Below are positions 49,375 through 59,763 of a DNA stretch of 64,000 nucleotides, piece by piece (position 1 is the stretch's first letter; the number at the start of each line of letters is the position of its first letter). A program made the translations under genes and the position numbers. A model generated the notes under the pieces. It saw nothing but the letters and a program-made list of their open reading frames with translations, had not been told where the DNA came from and ran no database searches. The stretch is from positions 32,001-96,000 of the forward strand of contig JBGFRI010000030.1 of NCBI GenBank assembly GCA_041695225.1, written 5' to 3'. This DNA is from Deinococcota bacterium (lineage in GTDB: Bacteria; Deinococcota; Deinococci; Deinococcales; Thermaceae).

Positions 49375-50748
49375 CTAACACGGCTTTTCTGCGCCTTTGC
49401 GGGCGTAGTAGTACCAGTTGAGCGCCACGTTCAGAGCATAGAAGATGGCCGCGCCGATAAAGAAGGCTATAGCCGAGCCGGTGCTGGCAATTGCCGCTCC
49501 CATCAGCACCGAGACCACAAAGGGGCCGTAGGCGGCAATGGCTGCGGTCCAGCCGATAACCCCTCCCGCTTTGCGCGGCTCGAAGATCATGGGCATCTGC
49601 TTGAAGGTGCTGGCGTTGCCAATTCCGGCGAAGAAGAAGAGCAGCAGCATAAAGGTCACAAACCAGGGAAAGTCTGCCAGCGAGTCGGGGCGCAGGAAAA
49701 AGGTCACCCCAATAGCCGAGAACAAGAGACCCAGACCGCTGATCTGGGTCCAGAACGCCCCACCGTGGCGGTCGGTGAGCGGTCCCGCCACGATCCGGCT
49801 AAGCGAGCCTACCAGCGGCCCCAGGAAAGCAAAGGCTAGCGGGTCGGGGGCGCCCTCAAAGCCGCCGTAGGCAGTCTTGATCAGCAGGGGGAAGGTGGCG
49901 GAGAAGCCGGTAAACGAGCTCAGGGTCATGATGTAGAGGCTGGTCTGGAACCAGGTGTGTTTGTCGCGGAAAATATCGAACTGCTCGGCCAGATTGGCCC
50001 GGATGGGCACGCTTTTGAGCAGATTCCAGGCCAGGAGCGACCCCAGCAGTACAAAGGGAACATAGATCAGCAGTGCGTTTTGTAGCCAGACCGGGGTGCT
50101 CACTCCGGCCCGGGTGAGGGTCTGGGGGTCGCCCAGCAGCGGGCCCAACAAAGCGAAACCGATAATCCAGGGGGTGACGAACTGCACCACCGACACCCCA
50201 AAGTTGCCCAGGCCGGCCTGCAGGGCCAGTGCAGTGCCCACCAGCCTGCGCGGGAAAAAGTAGCTGGTGCTGGGCATAAAACCCGAGAAGTTGCCGCCGC
50301 CAACCCCAGCCAAAAAGGCCAGCAACATTAGCACCCAGTAGGGGGTATCAACATTCTGCACCGCCCAGGCCCAGCCCAGCAGGGGAATGAGCAGCAGCAG
50401 ATTGGAGAACGTTACCAGGTGCCGTGTGCCCACGACCGGGGGTAGGAAGGCCCAGATAATGCGCAGGGTTCCACCGGCCAGGCCGGGCATGGCGGCCAGC
50501 CAGAAGAGCTGGCTGGTAGTAAGCTCGAAGCCTACCTGCGGAAGCCGCACTACCAGGGCGCTGACCACGAACCAGGTGATAAAGCACAGGGTCAGGCTGA
50601 AGGTGGTGACCCAGAGGGTTCGCCAGGCCAGCGCCTTTCCGGCGCTCTCCCAGAACTCGGGGTTCTCGGGCTCCCAGCGCGATAGCCAGGTTTTTGGATC
50701 TTGGTGTTTTGATGGGTTCACAGAAAACTCCTTGGTGTGCTGCAACAA
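49375..50748 (-). CDS. narK: Nitrate/nitrite MFS transporter (NarK2 type)
   Basis: WEPENPEFW, GGGNFS, GIGNAST, AAIAAYG; true start uncertain. Confidence 0.9.
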   Translation of the reverse strand: MLQHTKEFSVNPSKHQDPKTWLSRWEPENPEFWESAGKALAWRTLWVTTFSLTLCFITWFVVSALVVRLPQVGFELTTSQLFWLAAMPGLAGGTLRIIWAFLPPVVGTRHLVTFSNLLLLIPLLGWAWAVQNVDTPYWVLMLLAFLAGVGGGNFSGFMPSTSYFFPRRLVGTALALQAGLGNFGVSVVQFVTPWIIGFALLGPLLGDPQTLTRAGVSTPVWLQNALLIYVPFVLLGSLLAWNLLKSVPIRANLAEQFDIFRDKHTWFQTSLYIMTLSSFTGFSATFPLLIKTAYGGFEGAPDPLAFAFLGPLVGSLSRIVAGPLTDRHGGAFWTQISGLGLLFSAIGVTFFLRPDSLADFPWFVTFMLLLFFFAGIGNASTFKQMPMIFEPRKAGGVIGWTAAIAAYGPFVVSVLMGAAIASTGSAIAFFIGAAIFYALNVALNWYYYARKGAEKPC

Positions 50749-50810
50749 AGCGCGGGAAAACTAGCCCATAACAACCGCGAACTGGTAACATCTGCCCATA
50801 ATTCCACCGG

Positions 50811-52196
50811 CTACTGGTTCTCGCCAGGGGGTGGGTCGAACCTGCCCTTTAGCTCGGGAGCAGCCTTGTTGAGCATCGAGAGCACGGTCAGGTGCATCCA
50901 GATCAAACAAATTGCGGTGAGCACAAACACCACTGCAAAGGTCATCTGGGGCAGACCGGTCAGAGCCTCGGCATAGGCAAACAGCGGGGGTAAGAAGAAG
51001 CCGCCCAGGGCCCCGAGCATACCCACCAGGCCGGTAACCGTGCCCACATTTTTGGGATAGTATTCCGGGATGTACTTGATGTTGGCGGCCTTGCCGATGC
51101 CCTGTGCTGTGCCCATCAGAAAGATGAGCACGGTAAACGACCAGACGGTCATGGTGTAGTGCATTACTTCACGCATACCACCAGCCTCGTTGGGCAGATA
51201 CAGCACAATGTGTCCGTCGGGCATCATGAGGATGCCGCTGGTGAAAAGCATGCCCCCCCAGGTCCAGTACATCACCCTTCTGGCCCCAAACCGGTCCGAG
51301 AGCCAGCCCCCAACCGGCCGCATGAGCGAGGAAGGGAGAATGAAAAACAGGGTCAAGAGAGCCGCCTGGTATAGTGGTAGCCCAAAAACGTCTACAAAAT
51401 ACCGGGGCAGCCAGCCCGCCAGCGCCACATAGGCCCCCAGGGTTACCACGTAGTAAAGGCTAAAGCGCCAGACCCGCAGTTCTTTTAGCGGGGCTAGCAT
51501 CTCGGATAGGGGCTGGCCTGCGGCAGGCTTGCGGTCAACTCGAGGGCTCAAGAACCATACCGCCACTCCCATCAAGAGTAATAGCACCCCATACATGAAA
51601 GGCAGAAAGCGCCAGTCGCCGGGAATGGCCCCACCCAGAAAACCTGCCGCGGGCACTGCGGCAATAAGCGCGGGGCCAATAAACTTGGTCACCGAGGCGC
51701 CCACATTGCCCGCACCAAAGAAGCCCATGGCATAGCCTTGCTGATGGCGGGGAAACCAGGCGGCGTTCCAGGCCGTGCCCACGCTAAAGGCGTTGCCCGC
51801 GAATCCCACCAGAAAGGCATAGAAGAGCAGCATGGGGAAGCTGGTGGCATAGGCTACCAGGAAGGCCGGAATAGCGGTAAGGAAGAGCATTGAGGTGAAT
51901 ACGATTTTGCCCCCATAGCGGTCGGCCAGTATTCCCGCCACCAGGCGCCAGATGGCCCCGTTGAGGATGGCCCCAGCAATCAGCCAGCTCAGCTGCACGG
52001 TGGAGAGACCAAACTCCTCCCGAATTGGCACGCCCAGTACCCCGAACATGGTCCAGACTGCAAACATCAGGGTGAAGCCGATGAACGACAGGGTAAGCAC
52101 CCGGACACGCGCACCGCGTTCGGCATCCTGAACGGGGTGGTTAGTCTGTACCACGGGAGGTCCTACTCTCCGGCAGACCGGGCTCTGCTTTCGCAA
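50811..52196 (-). CDS. narK: Nitrate/nitrite MFS transporter (NarK1 type)
   Basis: FGAGNVG, MRPVGGWLSD, GALGGF; true start probably near 52154. Confidence 0.9.
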   Translation of the reverse strand: MRKQSPVCRRVGPPVVQTNHPVQDAERGARVRVLTLSFIGFTLMFAVWTMFGVLGVPIREEFGLSTVQLSWLIAGAILNGAIWRLVAGILADRYGGKIVFTSMLFLTAIPAFLVAYATSFPMLLFYAFLVGFAGNAFSVGTAWNAAWFPRHQQGYAMGFFGAGNVGASVTKFIGPALIAAVPAAGFLGGAIPGDWRFLPFMYGVLLLLMGVAVWFLSPRVDRKPAAGQPLSEMLAPLKELRVWRFSLYYVVTLGAYVALAGWLPRYFVDVFGLPLYQAALLTLFFILPSSLMRPVGGWLSDRFGARRVMYWTWGGMLFTSGILMMPDGHIVLYLPNEAGGMREVMHYTMTVWSFTVLIFLMGTAQGIGKAANIKYIPEYYPKNVGTVTGLVGMLGALGGFFLPPLFAYAEALTGLPQMTFAVVFVLTAICLIWMHLTVLSMLNKAAPELKGRFDPPPGENQ

Positions 52197-52890
52197 CCGA
52201 GGAGGGAGCAGCCTGGGGCCGGTTTTTCTTGATCCAGACCACGATCTGCCAGGGCCGCCACAGGTAGCCGATGGGCAGGGTTACGATGTGAATTAACCGG
52301 GTAAATGGGAAGACCGCCACCAGCACCCAGAAACTAAGGACATGTAGCTGGATCCAGATGGGCAGGTCGGCTAAAAGCTCGGGCCGGGGGTTCAGGGTGA
52401 AGATGGACCACAGGTAGGGGGTTAGCACCGAAGGAAACCAGTAGGAGCCGAAGCGCGACATCACCGCAGTCAGAATGCCCGTCACCACCGAGACCCCTAG
52501 CAGCAGCAGCACCAGTAGATCGGTGGGATATGTTACCGCCAGAATTCGACGGTTCGAGAGGCGTCGGTAGGCCAGAATGGCCAGGCCCCCCAGGGTCCAC
52601 AAGGCCAGTATCAGGCCGGTGATTTCCAGCAGAAACAGCCTTACTGGCACCGAGTTCCACCACAGTAGCCCTTGCGGAAGCAGGATGGCCATGAGGTGCA
52701 GTAGCAGAATGGCCAGCAGCCCCCAGTGGAAGGGAACGGAGCCAAAGTAGAGTAGCTTGCGCTCCAGAATCTGGCTCGAGAGGCTCGAGACACTGAAGGG
52801 CCGGTTCCTCATGCGCTGAAAGCCGACGATGATCAAGAGCGCCAGCGCCACATAGGGGAAAATTTGAAAAAGCAAGACATTCCAGTTCAC
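52141..52890 (-). CDS. narI: Respiratory nitrate reductase gamma subunit
   Basis: SSLSSQILE, FHWG, FPFTRLIH. Confidence 0.93.
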   Translation of the reverse strand: MNWNVLLFQIFPYVALALLIIVGFQRMRNRPFSVSSLSSQILERKLLYFGSVPFHWGLLAILLLHLMAILLPQGLLWWNSVPVRLFLLEITGLILALWTLGGLAILAYRRLSNRRILAVTYPTDLLVLLLLGVSVVTGILTAVMSRFGSYWFPSVLTPYLWSIFTLNPRPELLADLPIWIQLHVLSFWVLVAVFPFTRLIHIVTLPIGYLWRPWQIVVWIKKNRPQAAPSSVAKAEPGLPESRTSRGTD

Positions 52891-53471
52891 TTGTGACCTC
52901 CTTTCCAGAAAGGAAGCTGACTGAACAGCGAGCCTAGCACTGTGGGGGATGGCGCCGGGGTGCTGGCAGGGGGTTTGGCATAGGGCCGGACCGCCCCCTG
53001 GGTGGCTTCGAGCAAGTACAGGTAGGGGTTCTTGGGCTCGAGGGTTCTGAGGGTATGTGCAATCTGCTGCAACGCCGGCGCCAGCAGCCCGAGTAGCTCG
53101 GGTAGAGGCTCTTCGGCTTTGGCGAGGTAGCGCAGTACCGGAATCAGGTGGTCGGGAAGCTCGCCCTGGCTATCCACTCCCAGCCGGGCATACTCGGCGT
53201 TCAGCTCGGCCATGAAGCGCCCCCGCCGGTAGTCTTCGCCGTAGACGGCATAACCCAGATTGGGTGCGGTGAGCGGGGTCAGGTCCAGGGTGCGGGTGTG
53301 TAGCTCTTCCCGCTCGGCCAGTCTGAGCCCAGAGGTGGCTTGCAGAAAGCGCTCGAGCAAAGGTTTGCCGGGGGAGCCCGGCAGGGCAATGACCCGCTCC
53401 CACAGCGCATTGGTAGAGCCAGGGCTGGGGTACTGATAGGCCAGCGCAAGGGTTTCCAAAGCTTCTTTCAT
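52887..53471 (-). CDS. narJ: Nitrate reductase molybdenum cofactor assembly chaperone
   Basis: GELPDHL motif; lies between narH and narI. Confidence 0.9.
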   Translation of the reverse strand: MKEALETLALAYQYPSPGSTNALWERVIALPGSPGKPLLERFLQATSGLRLAEREELHTRTLDLTPLTAPNLGYAVYGEDYRRGRFMAELNAEYARLGVDSQGELPDHLIPVLRYLAKAEEPLPELLGLLAPALQQIAHTLRTLEPKNPYLYLLEATQGAVRPYAKPPASTPAPSPTVLGSLFSQLPFWKGGHK

Positions 53472-53473
53472 GG

Positions 53474-54982
53474 CTACTTCCCCCTTACCGGCAGCTCGAT
53501 GAACCCCACCCCGGTCTCGCCCTTGTGGGCCAGGGGGTCGTTCCAGGCCTCCACTGCCATCTCGCGGTGATAAGGCGGTACCACAAAGCGCTCCTGCAGG
53601 GTGGGCTTGGCAGTGAGCCGGTAGATGGCCTCGAGCTCCTCGGGGCTGCTGCCGGCCGCCTCCACAATCTTCAGGGTGGCGGCGTCAATGCTGCCTTCCA
53701 CACTCTGGCGGCGCTTGTAGATCCTCACCGCCAGCAGCTTGCGCAGGATGGGCTTGATGACCTCCACGTTGCCCGCCGCAAACAGGTTGGCCAGGTACTC
53801 TAGCGGCAGGCGGGCTTTTTCCAGGTGGTCAAACAGCTCGAAATCTACTCTGTCGGGCGGGAGCTCGAGCTTGAACAGCCCATTCTCGATGGTGCTGACC
53901 ATGGGCGATAGCGGCGGGATGTAAAACAGCATGGCCATGGTGCGGTACTCGGGGTGTAGCGGCAGGGCCAGTTTCCAGACCTTGACGAACCGGTACACCG
54001 GCGAGTCCTGCGCGGCCTTGAGCCAGTCATCGCCCAGGCCACTGGCCCTGGCGGCGGCAATTACCGCGGGGTTAAAGGGGTCCAGAATCGCGTCTAGCTG
54101 GGCTCGCACCAGATCTCTGGTCTCGGCATTCGCCGCGGAAGCAATTTTGTCGGCGTCGTAGAGGATAACGCCCAGGTAGCGGATGCGGCCCACGCAGGAG
54201 TGGAAGCAGGCCGGGGCCTGGCCGGTCTCGAGGCGGGGGAAGCAGAGGATGCACTTCTCGCTCTTGCCGGTAGCCCAGTTGTAGTAGACCTTCTTGTAGG
54301 GGCAGGCCGAAACACACATCCGCCAGCCCTTACACTTGTTTTCGTTGACCAGCACCACCCCGTCCTCGGCCCGCTTGTAGATGGCCCCGCTCGGGCAGGC
54401 CGCCACGCAGGAGGGGTTCAGGCAGTGGTTGCAGATGCGCGGCATATAGTTGAAGGCCACCCGCTCGATCTCGGCCATCTGGGCCTGGATCTCCGGCGCC
54501 ACGCCCTGCCAGTTGGGGTCGTTGCTGGCGTAGAGGTTGCTTCCGCCCAGGTCGTCGTCCCAGTTGGGGCCCGAAGTAATTTCCATGGGCAGGCCGGTAA
54601 TCATCGAGATCGGGCGGGCTACTGGCTGGTCGTCGCCTTCGGGGGCGCTAAAGAGGTGCTGGTAGTCGAAGGTAAAGGGCTCGTAGTAGTCGTCTAGTTC
54701 CGGCAGGGCGGGGTTGTAGAACAGGTTGGTCAGGCCCGCTACCCGGGAGTGCAGTCTGAGCCTGAGCTGGCCGTTCTTTTTCTCCCAGCCACCCCCGAAG
54801 CGCTCCTGGTCTTCCCAGCCGGTGGGGTAGCCGGTTCCAGGCCGGGTCTCGACGTTGTTCCACCACATATACTCGGTGCCCTTGCGGTCGGTCCAGAGGT
54901 TCTTGCAGGCCACCGAGCAGGTGTGGCACCCGATGCATTTATCCAGGTGGAAAGCCATTGAAACGTGTGCGCGTATGTTCAT
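53474..54982 (-). CDS. narH: Respiratory nitrate reductase beta subunit
   Basis: CIGCHTCSVACK, CNHCLNPSC, CILC, PLHPEYRT. Confidence 0.97.
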   Translation of the reverse strand: MNIRAHVSMAFHLDKCIGCHTCSVACKNLWTDRKGTEYMWWNNVETRPGTGYPTGWEDQERFGGGWEKKNGQLRLRLHSRVAGLTNLFYNPALPELDDYYEPFTFDYQHLFSAPEGDDQPVARPISMITGLPMEITSGPNWDDDLGGSNLYASNDPNWQGVAPEIQAQMAEIERVAFNYMPRICNHCLNPSCVAACPSGAIYKRAEDGVVLVNENKCKGWRMCVSACPYKKVYYNWATGKSEKCILCFPRLETGQAPACFHSCVGRIRYLGVILYDADKIASAANAETRDLVRAQLDAILDPFNPAVIAAARASGLGDDWLKAAQDSPVYRFVKVWKLALPLHPEYRTMAMLFYIPPLSPMVSTIENGLFKLELPPDRVDFELFDHLEKARLPLEYLANLFAAGNVEVIKPILRKLLAVRIYKRRQSVEGSIDAATLKIVEAAGSSPEELEAIYRLTAKPTLQERFVVPPYHREMAVEAWNDPLAHKGETGVGFIELPVRGK

Positions 54983-55089
54983 AAATCTCCTTCGGAGATG
55001 TCAAAGGTCTATGGTCGAAAGTCAAAGGTCGAAGGTCTAAGGTCGGTGGACAATGTGTAGTGGCTTTTGACGTTCGACTTTCGACATCC

Positions 55090-58000
55090 TTACCACTGCG
55101 GCTCCTCTATGCGCCGGACGTAGACGAAAGTATCGCGGTTTACCCCGACCGGCCCCCAGTAGTTGAAGGCGTAGGTGAACTGGGCGTAACCACCAGACAT
55201 CAAGACCGGCTTCAACCGGGCCCGGGTGATGGAGTTGTTCATTCCGGCCCGCTTGCCGCGCAGAGGAGACTTGGGAATGCTCACGGTGCGCTCGGTGGCG
55301 TGGTAGACAAAAACTGTGCCACTGGGAATGCGGGCCGAGACAATGCAGCGCTGTACGAAGACCCCATTGTCGTTAAACAGCTCCACCCAGTCGTTGTCGC
55401 GGATGCCCATCTGCCTGGCATCCTTGTCATTCAGCCAGACCGGGTAACTGCCGCGCGACAGGGTCATCATCCGGTGGTTGTCGGAGTAGGTGGAATGGAT
55501 GCTCCACTTGCCGTGGGGGGTGATGTAGTTCAGCAGCTTGCCCTGGGCCTCGGCTCTGGTAATCTCGGTCTCTAAGAGCATGGAGTGGTCGGGGCGGGGC
55601 TTGTAGGTGGGCAGGTGCTCGCCCCAGTGCAGGTAGTTGGGGTGGTCTAAGTAAAAGTGCTGCCGCCCCGAAAGGGTGCGCCAGGGGATCAAGCGCTCCA
55701 CGTTCAGGGTAAAGGGGCTGTAGGCCCGGCCCTGGTTGATGATGGCGCTCCAGGTGGGGGTGGTGAGCTGGCGGCGGGGCTGGGCCACAATGTCGGCGAA
55801 GCTGATCCGGGTGTCGCGCACCGGCTCTGCCAGGTCGGTGAGCTTTTGGCCGGTCTTCTTTTCCTCGTCTTTGAATGCGCGGTAGGCCAGCTCGCCGTTG
55901 GATACCGGGTCGAGGTAGAGAATGGCTTCGGCAACATGCTGGGCGTCTTCGAGGCTGGGGTAGGTGGCGCCGCCAAACGTACGGCCTTGCTTGTGGCGCA
56001 GGTCGTTGTAAAAGTCGGCAGCCTGGATGGTCAGGCCGTGCATTCCCACGCCGTTTTTCTCTATTGAGTCACCGAGCGAGATCATCTTCTGATAAACCAG
56101 CGGGTACTGCCGCTCGACCACCCGGAACTTGGGCATGGTCTTGCCGGGGATGGGGGCCACCTCGCCTTTCTTCCAGTCGCGGTCGTCGGGCTGGGCCAGC
56201 TCGTCAATGGTGTCGTGCTGCAGCGGGATCATCACCACGTCTTTGACCGGGGCGGCCAGGTGAAGCTGGGCCAGCTCGGAGAACTTTTGCGCCACTGCCT
56301 TGAAAATGTCCCAGTCGCTCAGGGTCTCCCACAAGGGTGGCACCGCAGCCTGCATGGGATTGATGTAGGTATGCAGGTCGGTGGTGTTGATATCGGTTTT
56401 TTCGTACCAGGAGGCAGTGGGTAGCACGATGTCGGAGTAAAGCGCGCTGGTGTCCATGCGGAAGTTGATGTTTACCACCAGGTCGAGCTTGCCCTGAGGG
56501 GCCTCTTTGCGGTACCTGACTTCCGAGACATGCCCGCCCGCCTGCTCGGGGGCCACAGCATTGGTATGGGTACCCAGGTAGTGCTTGAGGAAGTACTCGT
56601 GCCCCTTGGAGCTGGTGCCAATGGCGTTGCCGCGCCAGATGAACCAGGCTCTGGGCCAGTTGCTTGGCGCATCGGGGTCGTCAATGGCGAACTCGAGCTT
56701 CCCCTCCTGGAGCTGCTGGACCACATACTGGGTGATCTCCTGATCGGTGCTGGCCCCGGCCTGCTGGGCTTCTCTGGCAACCTCGAGGCTAGACTTGTTG
56801 AACTGCGGGAAAAACGGTAGCCAGCCCTTGCGCACGGCCCGGGCCTGGTGGTCAATGGTATGGTCGGTCTCTTTTGCGGTGGTCTTGTCGTAGTCCTTGT
56901 AGCCCCGCTCGTAGCGCCACTGGTCGGAGTGCACGTAATGGAAGCTGGGGGTGTTCTGCTGGCGGGCCGGGTAGCCCCAGTCCCCCGCAAAGGCAATGGG
57001 CCCCCAGCTAGCCTGGTTGGCCAGCTTCTCCTGCCCCACGTAGTGGGCCAGCCCGCCGCCGTTTACCCCCACTGCCCCGGTGAGCATCAGGGCCACAATG
57101 CCGGCGCGGTAGAGCAGGTTGTTGTGGTACCAGTGGTTGGCCCCAGCCCCGATGATGATCAGGTTTTTGCCGCCGGTTTTCTCGCCGTTCTCGGCCCACT
57201 CACGGGCATAGCGGATCAGGGTCTCGCGGTGGATGCCGGTGTACTGTTCCTGCCAGGCCGGGGTATAGGCCCCTACCTCGTCGTAGCTCTGAGGGTAGTC
57301 GCCGCCCAGGCCCCGGTCTACGCCGAACTGGGCCATCAGCAGGTCAAAAACGGTGGTGACGGCAACCTGCTGCCCATCTTTGGTATTGAGCTTTTTGACC
57401 GGTACGCCGCGCCGGGTTTTCTTATCCGCCCCAAAGTCGTCGAACTCGAGCCCCACTACCTCGTCCGGGCTGTCACGGAAGCTTAGCAGGGGGCTGATCG
57501 CCTCGCCGGTCTTGGCGTCCTTGTGCTCTAAGTTCCACCTGCCCTTTTCGCTCTGCCAGCGGAAGCCGATGGTGCCACCGGGCATCTTGGGGGAGTTGCT
57601 GGTCTCATCCCAGACCAAAAACTTCCAGTCGCCGTGCTCCTGCTCGGCGTAATTGCTTAGCCGGCTGGCCCGCAGGTACCGGCCCGGTCTGCCGTCTTTC
57701 AACTCGACCAGGATCGGGCTGTCGGTATACCGATTCAGGTAGTCCACAAAGTAGGGAACCTGCTTCAGCAGGTAGAACTCCTTTAAGATCACGTGGTTTA
57801 CCGACATCCAGAAGGCCCCGTCCTGGCCGGGGTTAATCGGCAGCCACCAGTCGGCGTACTTGGCCACCTGACTGAAGTCGGGGGAAAAAACCGTGAACTT
57901 GGCCCCGGCGTAGCGGCCCTCGGCGATGTAATGGGTGTCGGGAGTGCGGGTCATGTTGAGGTTCGAGCCCACCACCGCTATAAAGCGGGCGTTGTACCAG

Positions 58001-58680
58001 TCGGCGGCCTCGTGCACATCGGTCTGCTCGCCCCAGATCTCCGGAGAAGCGTTGGGCAGGTCGCAGTACCAGTCATAAAAGCTCATCGGCACTCCGCCCA
58101 ACAGGCTCAGGAAACGGGAGCCTGCCGCATAGCTGATCTGCGACATGGCCGGGATGGGGCTAAAGCCGATGATCCGGTCGGGGCCATGCTGCTCGATGGT
58201 ATGCACCAGCGAGGCCGCGATGATCTCCAGCGCTTCGTCCCAGCTAAAACGGCGGTAGCCGCCCTTGCCGCGTGCGCGCTGCCAGCGCCGGCGTTTTTCG
58301 GGGTCGTTTACCAGGCTTCTCCAGGCTTCTACTGGATCGGCGTACTGCTCCCTGGTGGTGCGCCAGAGGTCAATCAAGGCCCCGCGTACATACGGATACT
58401 TGACCCGGATGGGGCTGTAAAGATACCAGGAGTAGCTCACCCCGCGCTGACAGCCCCTGGGGGTGATGTCGGGCAGGGCAGGGTCAATGGCTGGGTAGTC
58501 GGTGGCCTGGAGCTCCCAGGTTACTATCCCGTCCTTAACAAAAACCTCCCAGCTACAAGAGCCGGTGCAGTTGACCCCGTGGGTGGTGCGCACCCGTTTG
58601 TCGTGGGCAAAGCGGTTTCTATAAAACTCCTCCCACTGGCGCTCGCTGGGCGATTCTTGTTCTTTGATCCAGTTGCTCAT
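55090..58680 (-). CDS. narG: Respiratory nitrate reductase alpha subunit
   Basis: HGVNCTGSC...[23 protein letters not shown]. Confidence 0.97.
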   Translation of the reverse strand: MSNWIKEQESPSERQWEEFYRNRFAHDKRVRTTHGVNCTGSCSWEVFVKDGIVTWELQATDYPAIDPALPDITPRGCQRGVSYSWYLYSPIRVKYPYVRGALIDLWRTTREQYADPVEAWRSLVNDPEKRRRWQRARGKGGYRRFSWDEALEIIAASLVHTIEQHGPDRIIGFSPIPAMSQISYAAGSRFLSLLGGVPMSFYDWYCDLPNASPEIWGEQTDVHEAADWYNARFIAVVGSNLNMTRTPDTHYIAEGRYAGAKFTVFSPDFSQVAKYADWWLPINPGQDGAFWMSVNHVILKEFYLLKQVPYFVDYLNRYTDSPILVELKDGRPGRYLRASRLSNYAEQEHGDWKFLVWDETSNSPKMPGGTIGFRWQSEKGRWNLEHKDAKTGEAISPLLSFRDSPDEVVGLEFDDFGADKKTRRGVPVKKLNTKDGQQVAVTTVFDLLMAQFGVDRGLGGDYPQSYDEVGAYTPAWQEQYTGIHRETLIRYAREWAENGEKTGGKNLIIIGAGANHWYHNNLLYRAGIVALMLTGAVGVNGGGLAHYVGQEKLANQASWGPIAFAGDWGYPARQQNTPSFHYVHSDQWRYERGYKDYDKTTAKETDHTIDHQARAVRKGWLPFFPQFNKSSLEVAREAQQAGASTDQEITQYVVQQLQEGKLEFAIDDPDAPSNWPRAWFIWRGNAIGTSSKGHEYFLKHYLGTHTNAVAPEQAGGHVSEVRYRKEAPQGKLDLVVNINFRMDTSALYSDIVLPTASWYEKTDINTTDLHTYINPMQAAVPPLWETLSDWDIFKAVAQKFSELAQLHLAAPVKDVVMIPLQHDTIDELAQPDDRDWKKGEVAPIPGKTMPKFRVVERQYPLVYQKMISLGDSIEKNGVGMHGLTIQAADFYNDLRHKQGRTFGGATYPSLEDAQHVAEAILYLDPVSNGELAYRAFKDEEKKTGQKLTDLAEPVRDTRISFADIVAQPRRQLTTPTWSAIINQGRAYSPFTLNVERLIPWRTLSGRQHFYLDHPNYLHWGEHLPTYKPRPDHSMLLETEITRAEAQGKLLNYITPHGKWSIHSTYSDNHRMMTLSRGSYPVWLNDKDARQMGIRDNDWVELFNDNGVFVQRCIVSARIPSGTVFVYHATERTVSIPKSPLRGKRAGMNNSITRARLKPVLMSGGYAQFTYAFNYWGPVGVNRDTFVYVRRIEEPQW

Positions 58681-59465
58681 GTCTTCCTCCTACGAATCCG
58701 CTCGGCTAAGCCCTGGCGGCGGTTGATCCAGACCAGGTACATCACCCCAAACAGCACCACCAGCCCAACCAGCCCAGGAAACAACATGCGGGCCGTGTCT
58801 ACTCGGTTGGGGTTAGCGGGCGGGCCGGCTGCGGTCTGGGCAAAAAAAGCAGTGAGGGCATCAATTTCCCCCGGCGTAAGCAGTTTGCCCCGGTAGCTCT
58901 CACGCATAACCGGAAAGGCCGCCACATTGCTCAGAACCCCCCGCACACCAGCCTCTCCCAGGCGGGCGTGCAGCCGGGTCAGATCGGTGCCCAGGTTGCC
59001 TCCGTCCATCAGGCCAATGTGGCCGGCGGTGTGGCAGGCCATGCAGGGCGCGCCGCCTTGCTCGAAGCGTTGCTGACCTATAAACAAGGCCCGGCCTCTG
59101 GCTGCCAGAACGGGGTCGGCCGGTACTGCGGGAGCGGGCTCGGGCTGTACTATGGGGGGAGGGGGGGGAGGCTCGACTCCGGCCATTATCCGAAGATAGG
59201 CTGCAATGGCCCTGGCATCGGCTTGGCCGACGTGCGGCATGGGGGGCATTGCGACACCAGGAGCAGTAAAGCCCTCGCGAATCACCCGGATTACATGGGC
59301 TTCGTCCAGTATTCTGGGGTTGTCTGGCAAGGGTTTGGTAAACCCAGGAAGACCCTGTCCCCTGGGGCCATGGCAGCCCGCACAGTGCTGTCCAAAGAGC
59401 GCTGCTCCGTCTAGAGCCAGAGCCAGACCCATTAGAGTCGCCAGGCCCACCAACATTTTTTTCAT
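58677..59465 (-). CDS. narC: Membrane-anchored di-heme cytochrome c of the Thermus-type Nar
   Basis: Signal peptide, CAGCH and CMACH, C-terminal TM, directly upstream of narG. Confidence 0.88.
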   Translation of the reverse strand: MKKMLVGLATLMGLALALDGAALFGQHCAGCHGPRGQGLPGFTKPLPDNPRILDEAHVIRVIREGFTAPGVAMPPMPHVGQADARAIAAYLRIMAGVEPPPPPPIVQPEPAPAVPADPVLAARGRALFIGQQRFEQGGAPCMACHTAGHIGLMDGGNLGTDLTRLHARLGEAGVRGVLSNVAAFPVMRESYRGKLLTPGEIDALTAFFAQTAAGPPANPNRVDTARMLFPGLVGLVVLFGVMYLVWINRRQGLAERIRRRKT

Positions 59466-59467
59466 GC

Positions 59468-59659
59468 CTACCTCCTCGGTTCTTGATGCCTTTCTAACCA
59501 GGACAAAAGCTCATTCAGGCCATAGAAAGGGTGTTCGACGCCGCTGCGCGCATCCTTAATCCGGCCCTCCCACTGGCCCGTCCCGTCCGGCCATAAGAGC
59601 ACCAGGTAGACCGGTGTCCTGGCCGGGGGGAGGTTTCTTTGCACAGGCTCCTGTCCCAT
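59468..59659 (-). CDS. Small hypothetical protein heading the nar operon
   Basis: 63 aa, ends 2 nt before narC; YLVLLW...WEGRI...F.GL.ELL.WL pattern. Confidence 0.6.
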   Translation of the reverse strand: MGQEPVQRNLPPARTPVYLVLLWPDGTGQWEGRIKDARSGVEHPFYGLNELLSWLERHQEPRR

Positions 59660-59763
59660 GTATCCATAGCTTTCTCCCGGGTGCTTACACCCCGCTTACA
59701 AGGTTGGGACATTTGCACCACCCGAACCGCCTAAGCTGTTGCTAAAAAAGGTAAGGAGGGTTT

